Virus record (IMG/VR): IMGVR_UViG_3300043821_000026
Coordinates: 32,001 to 96,000 of that record
Length of the DNA: 64,000 nucleotides
From: a virus
Taxonomy: Duplodnaviria; Caudoviricetes
Strand: one strand, 5' to 3'
The position numbers were made by a program, and so were the translations under genes. Below the pieces are notes generated by a model, which was given only the letters and a program-made list of their open reading frames with translations, ran no database searches and was not told the DNA's origin. Below are positions 50,020 through 60,068 of this stretch, one piece after another (within the stretch, counting starts at the first letter, position 1; every line of letters begins with the position of its first letter).

Positions 50020-50618
50020 TTATAATCATCTTCCGTTATACGATACCAATCATACTTATCATTAACGTATAAGGAATGATAAGCTGTGGCTTCTATAGCT
50101 TTTTTTATTCTATTACTTGGTTTATTTCTTTTAGTAGAATATAATGAACCAAGAGCTAATTCTTTACCGACTCCTATAGCTACATAATCTCCATCAGGTT
50201 CAAATAAACCAAGATTATCTTCAATCTCAAATATATCACCATTATATACTATTAAAAAATTACTATTAGTTTTAATTTGAGTACCATTCATATCTACTAG
50301 TCCTGATAGTTCTAATTCAGTTTTTAAACAATATAGGAAAGAATTAATTAAATATGTTCTAAAATCTGTTCCTTGTATATAATCAGGAGCTTTATAAGAA
50401 TATCTAATAAAATTGAAAATTGAAAATATACCTGAAAAACCGATAATTAAATGTCTTGTATCAATCTTATTTCCATTTTCATCTACCATATTAAATGGTT
50501 TAGAACAAATTTTAGGATTTTTTGATATTTCTATATTATTTCCTGAACTGATTGCACTATCACTACCAATATATACATCACCTGTTTTTTTATATTTAAT
50601 TGCTACAATTACTGTCAT
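50016..50618 (-). CDS. Ntn-hydrolase, proteasome-beta/HslV-like protease
   Basis: N-terminal M-T-VIVAI, GSDS, PKI, GFSG, AIGVG..LALG. Confidence 0.75.
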   Translation of the reverse strand: MTVIVAIKYKKTGDVYIGSDSAISSGNNIEISKNPKICSKPFNMVDENGNKIDTRHLIIGFSGIFSIFNFIRYSYKAPDYIQGTDFRTYLINSFLYCLKTELELSGLVDMNGTQIKTNSNFLIVYNGDIFEIEDNLGLFEPDGDYVAIGVGKELALGSLYSTKRNKPSNRIKKAIEATAYHSLYVNDKYDWYRITEDDYK

Positions 50619-50626
50619 ATTTTACC

Positions 50627-51568
50627 TCATATATATAAATAATTTCCATTACAACTTTCATCACATAATCCTTCTAATTTTAATCTTGCACAACTTGGGA
50701 ATAAAACATCAGTTCTATCATATAAATATTCTATTTGATGTTCTGAATTAACACAATGATTAAATTTATTTTCACTAAGAAATCCTTTCATGATATTATG
50801 AATATCTTCTATTGAGTATCCCATATCCCTCAAGTATGTTATTATATAACCTCTTTCTTGATAGCCAAGATTAGGTTCTAACATCATTTTTGATACACAA
50901 GGTATATAAGCATTACTAAATATGATTTTATTATTTTTATTGATAGGTTGATGTATATTATCAGCTTCAGTATCATATTTTTGTAAATCAAGTTTGTTTA
51001 AATATAATGTAGGGTGAATATTTCGAGGACTTGTTGCTAAACTTTTAATTTCCTGCAAGGTAAGTTTGATTATTTCATCACTAAATAATGGTATACAATA
51101 CCTTCCTGTTTTTAAATTAATTGTATTAGGACAACGACGCACTCTCATTAAGTCACCAATTACAGAATTATCACTTAAAGTATTTGTTTTATGATGAAGT
51201 TCTGTTACGAAGTTTTTAATAGCTTTTTTAGGATTTTTCAATGAAACAGATGTATCAACATCTATTAATATATGAAATCCTCTACCTGAATATAATACAT
51301 TATGTGCTATATTATTATCTCTTAAATATTTAACAACAATTTGGCAATTATTATATGCCACTATATCATCATTATTTATTGGGTCAAAATCTAAAAATAC
51401 ATATTTTACAATTGCATTATACGCTTTTGGGTCTTCGTTAAAATTATAAACTGAAATATATAAATCTTTCCAACCATTATTGTTGTTAATTATAGTATCC
51501 CATTTTGTGTCATCAATTGGTAATGTAATTCTAACGTTTGGTTTTAGAAATATCTGACCAACTATCAC
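50627..51568 (-). CDS. priS: Archaeo-eukaryotic primase, PriS catalytic domain fused to PriL-like C-terminal domain
   Basis: FLDFD, SGRGFH, D..RVRRCPNTIN.KTG; C-terminal PC...ER...FPSC..L...GLC...C. Confidence 0.85.
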   Translation of the reverse strand: MIVGQIFLKPNVRITLPIDDTKWDTIINNNNGWKDLYISVYNFNEDPKAYNAIVKYVFLDFDPINNDDIVAYNNCQIVVKYLRDNNIAHNVLYSGRGFHILIDVDTSVSLKNPKKAIKNFVTELHHKTNTLSDNSVIGDLMRVRRCPNTINLKTGRYCIPLFSDEIIKLTLQEIKSLATSPRNIHPTLYLNKLDLQKYDTEADNIHQPINKNNKIIFSNAYIPCVSKMMLEPNLGYQERGYIITYLRDMGYSIEDIHNIMKGFLSENKFNHCVNSEHQIEYLYDRTDVLFPSCARLKLEGLCDESCNGNYLYI

Positions 51569-51986
51569 TTACATCACCGACATATAGTTCTAATCTTCTA
51601 TCTAAAACTTCATATATTAATCGTCTAATATAATCACATTCTGGTGATAGATATATTCCTCTACCATTCATAATATCAATATATGGCCAATCACGACATT
51701 CTCGCCATCTATCTTTCCATATATCACATACATATAATTTATAATTATCTTCATCATGTTGTAAATGTTCACATTCCATACTTGAACAGCAATTACCACA
51801 TCTAATACAGTAATCTTTTGATTGTATATAATCATAGGTAAATTCAATCGGTGTAGTAACTATAGCTTCTTCAATTATATCTGCTAAAATATCAGTATCT
51901 AAATCTGGAAATTTATTATGATAATAGTCTAATAATTCTTTTAATAATTTAAGATAGTTAGCAAATTTAGAAATTTTTTCTTCCAT
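51531..51986 (-). CDS. YkgJ-family cysteine-cluster (Zn/Fe-chelating) protein
   Basis: CIRCGNCC...CEHL...CDIWKDRWRECRDWP. Confidence 0.75.
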   Translation of the reverse strand: MEEKISKFANYLKLLKELLDYYHNKFPDLDTDILADIIEEAIVTTPIEFTYDYIQSKDYCIRCGNCCSSMECEHLQHDEDNYKLYVCDIWKDRWRECRDWPYIDIMNGRGIYLSPECDYIRRLIYEVLDRRLELYVGDVSDSWSDISKTKR

Positions 51987-52717
51987 TAGAAACCACCTTC
52001 AATACTACATCTAGGTTTATATGGACAATATTTACATAAAAATTGTCTATTGGGTTGAAAATTATTTTCTTTAATTTTATTATTAATAAAATCTAATAAT
52101 TTTAAACTTGCATTTATATCCTCTTGAGTTAATAAAGTACCTTTGTTAATTTCCCCTCTAACTTTTGCAAACCTAAAATTATTATCTCTTGTAAAAAATA
52201 TACCAACATATGAAACTGGTAACTCAAATTCGTCTTCTAATAAAACAACATAATATGAAAGTTCTAATAAATATTTTTTAACTCCACCTGTTTTACCAGT
52301 TTTATAATCTACTACCACTAGCTCCCCATCTTTAATTAATACTAAATCTGCTAAACCTGATAGGTTATATTTTAAATTATGAATATAATATTCTGCTGTA
52401 TATATTCTAAAACCTTCAGCAAAACAATCATATATAAAATCTGCAAAATGTGAAAGATGATTTTTAAATTCACTTGCTCTATCATATTGCATTAAAGCAT
52501 TATTTATATCATCGATTGACATATTTTCTATCTCTTTATTAGAATATTGTTTAACAAATAATTCAAATATTTTATGTATAGCAAGTCCTATATCTAATGC
52601 AGAGCCTTTTTCAGGACTTGGTTGTGGTAAGTTATCTATATTTTCATATTTAAATCGTCTAGGACATTGTAAATATGTATTAACCTTACTTTTTGATAAT
52701 TTCATGTATATCACCAT
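51986..52717 (-). CDS. Cas4-like/RecB-family PD-(D/E)XK exonuclease with Fe-S cysteines
   Basis: LSKSK..YLQCPRRF, GLADLV, DYKTG, CKYCPYKPRC. Confidence 0.85.
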   Translation of the reverse strand: MVIYMKLSKSKVNTYLQCPRRFKYENIDNLPQPSPEKGSALDIGLAIHKIFELFVKQYSNKEIENMSIDDINNALMQYDRASEFKNHLSHFADFIYDCFAEGFRIYTAEYYIHNLKYNLSGLADLVLIKDGELVVVDYKTGKTGGVKKYLLELSYYVVLLEDEFELPVSYVGIFFTRDNNFRFAKVRGEINKGTLLTQEDINASLKLLDFINNKIKENNFQPNRQFLCKYCPYKPRCSIEGGF

Positions 52718-55148
52718 TTAATTTATCATTCTTCTTAACATTGGCGAACGGTTTTTTTGAGAACTTAAATTCAATATAATCAGACGCTACAATATCTTTT
52801 TCTATGTTATTATAAGCATTTGAACAACTCATAATAACAATATTTTTACCATCGTACCCATCAATTCTTAAACAGTCGTTTCCTTTTTTACTTTTAAAGT
52901 ATGTAATTTTTTTTACAACTGCATATTTTGCTTGATGTTCGTTTAAGCTTTTAATTATTGTTATATATGAATTACTAATATATTGGTACTCATTTATAAA
53001 CATTTCTTTATCCATTTCTAAATTAATAAAAAAATGTGCATAAAATTTACCCTTCCATGTATGGCATTTAACAATATATGGGTCACCAACTTTAAGGTTA
53101 TCAATATATCGATTTAATACATTTTGATTTACACTAATAGATATATTATTACCTTTATCTTGAATATGGATAATACTGTATCCTTTTTTGTTATCTATAT
53201 CTATACATATTCCTTTAATATATACTTCATCAACATCAATGTTGGGATTGATATCATCAGTATTTGTTATATATCTATCATATTCGGTTTCATATTTATT
53301 AATCAACTCTTCATGAGGGCTAAATTTTAATACTGCATATTCATATTTTAGCCTATCTTTATCAGACCAATCTTCATCAACTTTATCTTGATTAAATGTG
53401 TTATATATTTCATTTCTGTTCCCAAATCTATCAAATGCACCTGCATATATTAGATTATTAACTACAGATTTATTAACTTTTCTTGGTCGTCTTTTTTGTA
53501 AAAATAAATCAAATGAAAAATAAGGCTGATGTAGTAAAATTTCTTCAATAGCTTTATCTCCAACTTTATCAATAGTTGATAGTCCCATATAAATATTTTT
53601 TCCCATAAATATAGTATCTCTTTGAGATATATTAATATCAGGATTATGTAAAACTAAATCCATATTTTTTATTTCAGATAATATTTTATTCTTTTTTTCA
53701 TCATCTTTTGTATGATTTAAACAAGCTACAGAAAATTCTGCTGGATAATATGTTTTTAAATACCCTGTATAATAACTTATTACTGCATAATTTTTAGCAT
53801 GAGCTTTATTAAAACTATATGAACTAGATTTTTCAATCTTATCCCATATTAATTCTGCTGTTTCTTTAGATACGTTATTATTAAGACAACCATCAATAAA
53901 CTTTGGTTTATATTCAGTAAAAATATAATCTAATTTCTTACCAATACCTTTTCTTATATTATCTGCATCAACATCAGTTAATCCTGCTAATACCATACAT
54001 ATTTTCATTGCTTGTTCTTGATAAACAATTGCACCTTTTGTTTCTTTTAATATAGGCTCTAATCTTGGGTCATCATATTCAATTTCCTCTTCACCAAATT
54101 TTCGTGCAATATATCTATCTGCATCACCAGAATCCTGTGAACCGGGTCTTACTAAAGCTAAAGCCGCAATTAAATCATTAAAGCAATCTGGTTTCATCTT
54201 TTTAATATATGATGATGCTGATGGAGTTTCTAATTGAAATATATTTAATGGATTTTTTAGTATTGTATTATAAACTTTTTTATCTTCATATTCTGTTGGT
54301 AATTTAAAGGTATCATTATTAATTAATTTAATTGTATCTTCAATAATAGATAATGTATTTAATCCTAATGTATCATTTTTTAAAAATTTTAAACTATCAC
54401 ATCTATGACCATCATAGGATACACAATCTACACCATTAACTCTTACTGTTGATGAATAATTCTCTATTGAATCAGGGAATAATAATGTCCCACCTGCGTG
54501 AATACCATATGCCTTTATTAATCCATTAATTTTTTTAAAATTTTGTTCAACTTTTGGATATTTATTAAAGAAATCCTGTACTTTTTTGATTTCGTATATA
54601 TCATCAACAGTCATATCATCAGTTATTAGAGATGTTATTTGATTTACTTCTTTAAATGGTACATTAAATACTCGTGATACATCTTTAATACTAGTTTTAA
54701 TTGTGAATCTTATTAAATTTGGAATACTAAATGCACAATCTCTACCAAATTTATCTTTAATTAAATCTAATGCTTCTTGTCTTCTTGTTTTAGGAATATC
54801 TGTATCTATATCAGGCATTGAGTTTTTAATTCTAGTTTTATTTATAAAACGAGAAAACATTAATCCTTCTTTTAATGGGTCAGTAGAAACTATATTAAGA
54901 CAATAACATAATAAACTACCACCTGCTGAACCTCTACCGGGACCTAAAAACATTCCTTCAGATTTTAAAAGATTGCATATATAAGAAGTGTTTAAAAAAA
55001 AGTCAGATAGATTTGCATCAGTAATAATATCAAGTTCCATTCTTAATCTATCTTCGTATTCTTTACCTGATAAATGTCTTTTCTTAAAGCCTTTTAAAGC
55101 CATTTTTCTTAAATAATCATCATTGTTTATATTAAATGTTTGTTGCAT
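52686..55148 (-). CDS. dnaE: DNA polymerase III alpha-like (family C) catalytic subunit lacking PHP
   Basis: GPGRGSAGGSL, PDIDTD, GIHAGG, KNDTLGL, IFQLE, RPG, YQEQ, YSFNKAHA, PDINIS; ATG at 55148 overlaps PHP stop (TAATG). Confidence 0.95.
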   Translation of the reverse strand: MQQTFNINNDDYLRKMALKGFKKRHLSGKEYEDRLRMELDIITDANLSDFFLNTSYICNLLKSEGMFLGPGRGSAGGSLLCYCLNIVSTDPLKEGLMFSRFINKTRIKNSMPDIDTDIPKTRRQEALDLIKDKFGRDCAFSIPNLIRFTIKTSIKDVSRVFNVPFKEVNQITSLITDDMTVDDIYEIKKVQDFFNKYPKVEQNFKKINGLIKAYGIHAGGTLLFPDSIENYSSTVRVNGVDCVSYDGHRCDSLKFLKNDTLGLNTLSIIEDTIKLINNDTFKLPTEYEDKKVYNTILKNPLNIFQLETPSASSYIKKMKPDCFNDLIAALALVRPGSQDSGDADRYIARKFGEEEIEYDDPRLEPILKETKGAIVYQEQAMKICMVLAGLTDVDADNIRKGIGKKLDYIFTEYKPKFIDGCLNNNVSKETAELIWDKIEKSSSYSFNKAHAKNYAVISYYTGYLKTYYPAEFSVACLNHTKDDEKKNKILSEIKNMDLVLHNPDINISQRDTIFMGKNIYMGLSTIDKVGDKAIEEILLHQPYFSFDLFLQKRRPRKVNKSVVNNLIYAGAFDRFGNRNEIYNTFNQDKVDEDWSDKDRLKYEYAVLKFSPHEELINKYETEYDRYITNTDDINPNIDVDEVYIKGICIDIDNKKGYSIIHIQDKGNNISISVNQNVLNRYIDNLKVGDPYIVKCHTWKGKFYAHFFINLEMDKEMFINEYQYISNSYITIIKSLNEHQAKYAVVKKITYFKSKKGNDCLRIDGYDGKNIVIMSCSNAYNNIEKDIVASDYIEFKFSKKPFANVKKNDKLNGDIHEIIKK

Positions 55149-56053
55149 TAGCACCACCAATCCTCATCAAATAAAGCATCTAATTCTTCGTATCGATTAA
55201 ATTCAGGTATACGAACTTGAGGTTCTTCTAATTGAGCATTACATTTATTTGTAATATCAATTGTATTTTTAAATGATTTCTTTAATATATCCTCATGTTC
55301 AAAGCCACTTTGTTCTGCCCATAATTTTATCCTATCAGGACTTCCTAAAGAATTAGATTCCATTGATTGATAAACATCTTCGATATTTTTATGATATCCA
55401 ATTGCTTCTATAATATTTCTAACATTAGCGTCTTCAGGATTTAAAAAATGTGAATCAGATGTTACTATTGTTGGAATACCTAATTCATCATTTAAAGTTA
55501 CAATACCTTCATTAATTTTTGCTTGAGCTTCAAATTTAGGGTGCATTTGTAATTCAAGATAATAATCTTCACCAAATTTTTCATAAAAATTTTCTGCAAT
55601 TTTATATGCTTTTTGATAATCATCTTTCATTAATGCTTCTCCTATATCACCTAATGCACAAGCAGAAGTGATAACTAATCCATCAGGATTTTTCCATAAT
55701 TCTTCATATGATAATATTGGTTTGTAATAAAAATTATCGTTAGCTATTTTATTTAATTTTCGAATATTATATAATCCTTGTTGATTTTTTGCTAATACTA
55801 TTAAATGTCTTCTATCTTTTGTCTTCTCTCCAGTATATGTAGTTCTACAATAAAATTCACAACCAAATATAGGTTTTATATTTTTTTCTTTAAAAGCATC
55901 ATTAATATCATACCATGCACCAATAGACGCATGGTCTGTTATAGCACAAGCTTGTTGATTAAAATCACTTAATAATGAAGCTAAGTCATTTGGTTTAATT
56001 ATTGCGTCTAATATACTCCATGTTGAATGTAAATGTAAGTTTGTAAAATTCAT
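55148..56053 (-). CDS. dnaE: Stand-alone PHP domain of DnaE (putative proofreading exonuclease)
   Basis: LHLHSTWSILD, AITDH, GCEFY, HLIVLAKN..G..N, TSAC, YLELQ, TSDSH. Confidence 0.92.
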   Translation of the reverse strand: MNFTNLHLHSTWSILDAIIKPNDLASLLSDFNQQACAITDHASIGAWYDINDAFKEKNIKPIFGCEFYCRTTYTGEKTKDRRHLIVLAKNQQGLYNIRKLNKIANDNFYYKPILSYEELWKNPDGLVITSACALGDIGEALMKDDYQKAYKIAENFYEKFGEDYYLELQMHPKFEAQAKINEGIVTLNDELGIPTIVTSDSHFLNPEDANVRNIIEAIGYHKNIEDVYQSMESNSLGSPDRIKLWAEQSGFEHEDILKKSFKNTIDITNKCNAQLEEPQVRIPEFNRYEELDALFDEDWWC

Positions 56054-56251
56054 TTATATACCTTTTAATTGTTTAACTGTAACACCAAATAGTACTGTCG
56101 GTTCAGGTATAATTATACTTATTATATTTTCGTATATATCTAAGCCAACTTCTATACCATAAGAATACCGACGCTCAACTATTGTAGTGTCTACGTTTTT
56201 TATAAATCTTAATTCATCAAATTCTTCATTATATTCGATGTTCCAATTCAT
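56054..56251 (-). CDS. Small hypothetical protein (DUF2283-like)
   Basis: IEYNEEFDELRF...GIEVGLD....IISIII. Confidence 0.45.
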   Translation of the reverse strand: MNWNIEYNEEFDELRFIKNVDTTIVERRYSYGIEVGLDIYENIISIIIPEPTVLFGVTVKQLKGI

Positions 56252-57147
56252 TCATCATCATTCTCACCATCATCTTCGTTGGGGATATTTGAAAAAAGTG
56301 AATTAATTTTACCAGCGTCCCAAACATATTTATTAAGTTTGTTATTAACTGTAGCGAAAACCACTTTCTTTTTTATATTTAAAATATTTGAACGGTCTTT
56401 ATCCATCATTGCAATAAAGTTAATAACATGAGGATTTTTTTCATCTTGTTCTTTGGAATATATTAATCTATGAGAACAGGAACTATGTAGTCTTTGTTTA
56501 ACAGATGCAAATTTTTCATCATCAGGTTGTCTAATGAAATCATCATGTCCAATAAAGAAACAATCAATTGGTAATTGTAAAAATACTTCAGTACATTCAC
56601 GGAAATTTTTAGCTCTAATTTTCCAGAATTGAGTATTTGCACCTGAATCAGGAGCTATATTTTTTTCTTCTCTCATTAAATTTTCACATGATTCAAGTAA
56701 AAAACTAATTCCATCAATGATAATAGCTCTAATTTTCATTCCTTCATCTGATAGTTCAGATATAGCTTGTGCGGCAGACCTAAGATTATCTACAAGACCT
56801 TGATGGTCAATAACTGATACACCTTTTGCATTAACCATTGTTGCATATGGGTTGTAATGTTTTATCATATCTTTTTGATATGAATCAAAATTAAATTCTT
56901 TAATAATTTCTAATGCACTATTATCAATATCAATAACAATGATTTTTTCATCTTCGCTCATATCTTGTAATAACATTGATATAACACTACCAGTTTTGCC
57001 TGTAGAATCTGCTCCTAAACATAATACATTTTTAGGAGTTTTAGGATTCATTACTACATTACTTTGTTCAAATATTTCTTTAATTTCATCTTTCAATGTT
57101 TTTCTTGGTTTTCTTGTTGCTTCTGCTTTCTCTTTAAACATTATCAT
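56248..57147 (-). CDS. P-loop ATPase, AAA_24/Sak4-like recombination protein
   Basis: Walker A GADSTGKT, VIDID, Walker B IIIDG, FIGH. Confidence 0.7.
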   Translation of the reverse strand: MIMFKEKAEATRKPRKTLKDEIKEIFEQSNVVMNPKTPKNVLCLGADSTGKTGSVISMLLQDMSEDEKIIVIDIDNSALEIIKEFNFDSYQKDMIKHYNPYATMVNAKGVSVIDHQGLVDNLRSAAQAISELSDEGMKIRAIIIDGISFLLESCENLMREEKNIAPDSGANTQFWKIRAKNFRECTEVFLQLPIDCFFIGHDDFIRQPDDEKFASVKQRLHSSCSHRLIYSKEQDEKNPHVINFIAMMDKDRSNILNIKKKVVFATVNNKLNKYVWDAGKINSLFSNIPNEDDGENDDE

Positions 57148-57254
57148 TCACCTCATTACGAACTTTTTGTAATCGTTCGTATATAAAACCTCTTAATTGT
57201 GGAGTTTGTATATATTTTAAATCATCTTCAAGCATTTCTATTTCTTTTAAATTA

Positions 57255-57503
57255 TTATTCTTGTTGCTCATTATTTTCACCTTCTTTTTTAGGTGGGTTT
57301 AAAAACATTAATCGTTCAAACATATCATTTTGATACTTCCACAATAAATTTTCTGCATATGCATATACCATAGGATGTTTGATATTTTGCATATCAATTC
57401 TTAAAATTTGTATTTTAGAGCGAAGACTTCTTGTCATATTACTCATTATGACAAGAGGGTCTTCAAATTCGCTATCTCCCATTCTAACCAACTGGATTAA
57501 CAA
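57255..57503 (-). CDS. Hypothetical protein
   Basis: ORF packed in operon; start probably MGDSEF. Confidence 0.45.
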   Translation of the reverse strand: MLIQLVRMGDSEFEDPLVIMSNMTRSLRSKIQILRIDMQNIKHPMVYAYAENLLWKYQNDMFERLMFLNPPKKEGENNEQQE

Positions 57504-58485
57504 ATGGTAATATACCTAATAAATTACAGCCAACTTCTCCATCGGATTTAACATAAACTGATAAAATAGCAATTACATCAGCTTCTTCTGAAAATATTGG
57601 TAATGTTTTACGAACTTCAGGACTAATCCAACAGTTAAAATCACTCATATCATTATCTGCTAATCTAATAAATGTTGATTTATTTGGGTCATTACTATTA
57701 CCTTTTTCTAATACAGAGCCTTGCATAATAACACAATTATTTCTTGGTAAATCTCTTTGCTCTGCAAATTCAATTAATTCATCATAATTTTCAACAAACC
57801 ATTCTTTAGGTAATACACTAGATAATTCATCATATACTTCATTCATAGCAGTAAAAGTTAATGGCATTTCGTTATTATCTAATACTGTATAATTATTTAA
57901 TAAAAACATATTGGATTTAAACATCTTATCTTCGTTACCATCTTTTTTACATAACTCAATAGGTTGGAATAATGGAACATTAGTATCTACATTAAAAGGA
58001 GCTAAAAATATACTATGAGGTTCTAATTCATCATTTTTATTCATGAATACACCATAATATTTACCTTTAGCAGTTTCTTCAGGTATAATACCATCATTAA
58101 ATGGGTCGCTTTCATCATAAAGATAATTACCTTCAGAATCTACATAACCTACATTTTGAGCTTCTTCTGTAGTATGGTTTTTAAGATATTCTGTAATTTC
58201 TTGTCTACGTCTAGCAGAAAAATCTTTATTTCTTTCACGTGCAAAAAGATATCCCTTAATACTGTCGCAATCTGATGTTTTTCTTTTTCTTAAAGAACCT
58301 ATAAATCTACGATATACTCTTCTTTCTTTTTCACTATCATCAATATTATCGTCTTTAATATCACTAAAAAGTGCTTGACATCTATTAACAAAGTCGTCTT
58401 CATTTATATTATTATCTTCAGCAACTTTCATTGCTTGTGCTTTTAATTCATCGTTGCTAATAATTTTTATTGGCATATATTTCAC
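57484..58485 (-). CDS. Putative OB-fold ssDNA-binding (RPA-like) protein
   Basis: C-terminal beta pattern VIMQGSV...FIRLAD...CW...VIAI...CNLLGI; adjacent to Sak4-like ATPase. Confidence 0.4.
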   Translation of the reverse strand: MKYMPIKIISNDELKAQAMKVAEDNNINEDDFVNRCQALFSDIKDDNIDDSEKERRVYRRFIGSLRKRKTSDCDSIKGYLFARERNKDFSARRRQEITEYLKNHTTEEAQNVGYVDSEGNYLYDESDPFNDGIIPEETAKGKYYGVFMNKNDELEPHSIFLAPFNVDTNVPLFQPIELCKKDGNEDKMFKSNMFLLNNYTVLDNNEMPLTFTAMNEVYDELSSVLPKEWFVENYDELIEFAEQRDLPRNNCVIMQGSVLEKGNSNDPNKSTFIRLADNDMSDFNCWISPEVRKTLPIFSEEADVIAILSVYVKSDGEVGCNLLGILPFVNPVG

Positions 58486-58626
58486 CTCGATTTTTATACA
58501 TGAAAAAATTTATATTAGAAATTTCTTCACATAATTAATATCTATCTGTTAGTATATAAAGGTATCGATTAAAATATTTTTTCTTTATATACTACATAAA
58601 ATAACTATAGTTAATGGGGTGTTAAT

Positions 58627-59160
58627 ATAAAAAAAAGAGAATTAACTGAAGATGAAATTAACTTCATAAAAAGTAATTATTCATTTTATGGTAAAAACAT
58701 CGCATCTAAAATAAAAAACTATAGTTTTAAGGATATTGAGAATGTGAAAAAGGAAATGAATGAAGAAGAAGAATATTTACTACCTAAAACAACATTTAAT
58801 TCTGACTTAACAAATCCAAAACATGGTAGACAACGATTATTAGAAATATCTTTACAAGCATTAACTGAAGATGATAGACAACAAATATATCAAATTGCAA
58901 AAAATGTTCCAGAACCTAAAGATTTAATTGATAATGTTATCACTATACAACATTATAGATTAAATAAGGGATTAGAAAGAGAAGAGGAACTAGGAACATT
59001 AACTGAAGAAACAGAAACTGCTATTCAAAATTTAGTTACAATGATAACTGCAAAAAAACAAATAGAAGATGGTTCTGATATTAATCTTAATGTACAAAAT
59101 ACCTTTGATAATTTAATAGAAAAGGCTAAAAAAGAAGAGAATGAAATAAAATATGAATGA
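58627..59160 (+). CDS. Possible terminase small subunit / HTH protein
   Basis: Frame extends 39 codons above GTG 58744 to ATA after GGGGTG RBS; LTEDEINFIKSNY helix, NPKHG motif, helical C-terminus. Confidence 0.35.
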   Translation: MKKRELTEDEINFIKSNYSFYGKNIASKIKNYSFKDIENVKKEMNEEEEYLLPKTTFNSDLTNPKHGRQRLLEISLQALTEDDRQQIYQIAKNVPEPKDLIDNVITIQHYRLNKGLEREEELGTLTEETETAIQNLVTMITAKKQIEDGSDINLNVQNTFDNLIEKAKKEENEIKYE

Positions 59161-59169
59161 GGTAATAAA

Positions 59170-59427
59170 ATGGAAAAACAGAATTTTACAGAAAAAGAGA
59201 TTGAAGAAATGAAAGATGAATTTGATAAATCTTTAAAAGAATTTCATGATAAAGCAGTTCCTGATATTATTAAAACATTAGGAACTTACCCACCAATTGT
59301 TGCATTATTTGGTATTGGCTCTATAGCTAATGCAATTATTAAACAACAATTTGAAAACGATGAAGACTTAAGAGAACAATTTATGATGTATATGTCTTCA
59401 ACAAATATTGATGAAGTTAATCAGTAA
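59170..59427 (+). CDS. Hypothetical protein
   Basis: GAGGT RBS, 85 aa. Confidence 0.55.
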   Translation: MEKQNFTEKEIEEMKDEFDKSLKEFHDKAVPDIIKTLGTYPPIVALFGIGSIANAIIKQQFENDEDLREQFMMYMSSTNIDEVNQ

Positions 59428-59665
59428 TCTTTAATACTTGATTAACTGTCTTAATTTTTTTTACCCAAAATTGAAAATCAGTATATATTTTTTTTCTTTT
59501 AACAATAAAATGAGTATCCATATCTGTTATTAAATAACAAATATAGTCATCGTAAAAATAGATAATTTCTTTACTTTTTTTTAAATCAGATTCATTAATT
59601 TTTCTATTATAAATAATCATAACAACACCTTTTTTATATATGTAATTTACCTCGACTTTCCCCAA
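59417..59665 (-). CDS. Hypothetical protein
   Basis: Likely start MIIYNRK after AGGTG. Confidence 0.45.
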   Translation of the reverse strand: MGKVEVNYIYKKGVVMIIYNRKINESDLKKSKEIIYFYDDYICYLITDMDTHFIVKRKKIYTDFQFWVKKIKTVNQVLKITD

Positions 59666-59739
59666 TTATAATGAAGCCACGAGCTTTCTTTTATATTGCA
59701 AATACAATAGCGAGGTGTATTATCGTGGTTTCAATTGAA

Positions 59740-60054
59740 TTACATTGAATTTATTTGTTCTGCTTTTTCTAATAATATTTTATTTAATGTTGTCTGAAAA
59801 TTATAATAATCAGATACAATTTTACTATCAAAATTTAAGAAAAATTGATTATCTGATATTTTTATTAAAATATCAAAATCTGTTAAAATTTCAGGCATAA
59901 CAGTATAAAAATCTAAATCATTTTTATATAAATCTGAAATTTCTTTTCGAGATAATACATCATAACGATTATGATATTCACTATCAAGAAGAGTTAAAAT
60001 ATCCTCTGGGTAGAGGGTATTTTTTTCTCTTGATTTTTTTAAAAAGGAAAATAT
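59740..60054 (-). CDS. Hypothetical protein (104 aa) with probable ATA start, not in ORF track
   Basis: AAGGAGAG RBS then 105 open codons filling the gap. Confidence 0.5.
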   Translation of the reverse strand: MFSFLKKSREKNTLYPEDILTLLDSEYHNRYDVLSRKEISDLYKNDLDFYTVMPEILTDFDILIKISDNQFFLNFDSKIVSDYYNFQTTLNKILLEKAEQINSM

Positions 60055-60068
60055 AAAAATACTCTCCT

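Noticed and set aside
51986-52717. CRISPR-Cas locus
   Set aside because: Solo Cas4-like nuclease in a replication operon; no cas1/cas2 or array.
55140-55165. Split intein or frameshift between PHP and DnaE
   Set aside because: No intein motifs at either end; clean RBS and TAATG coupling.
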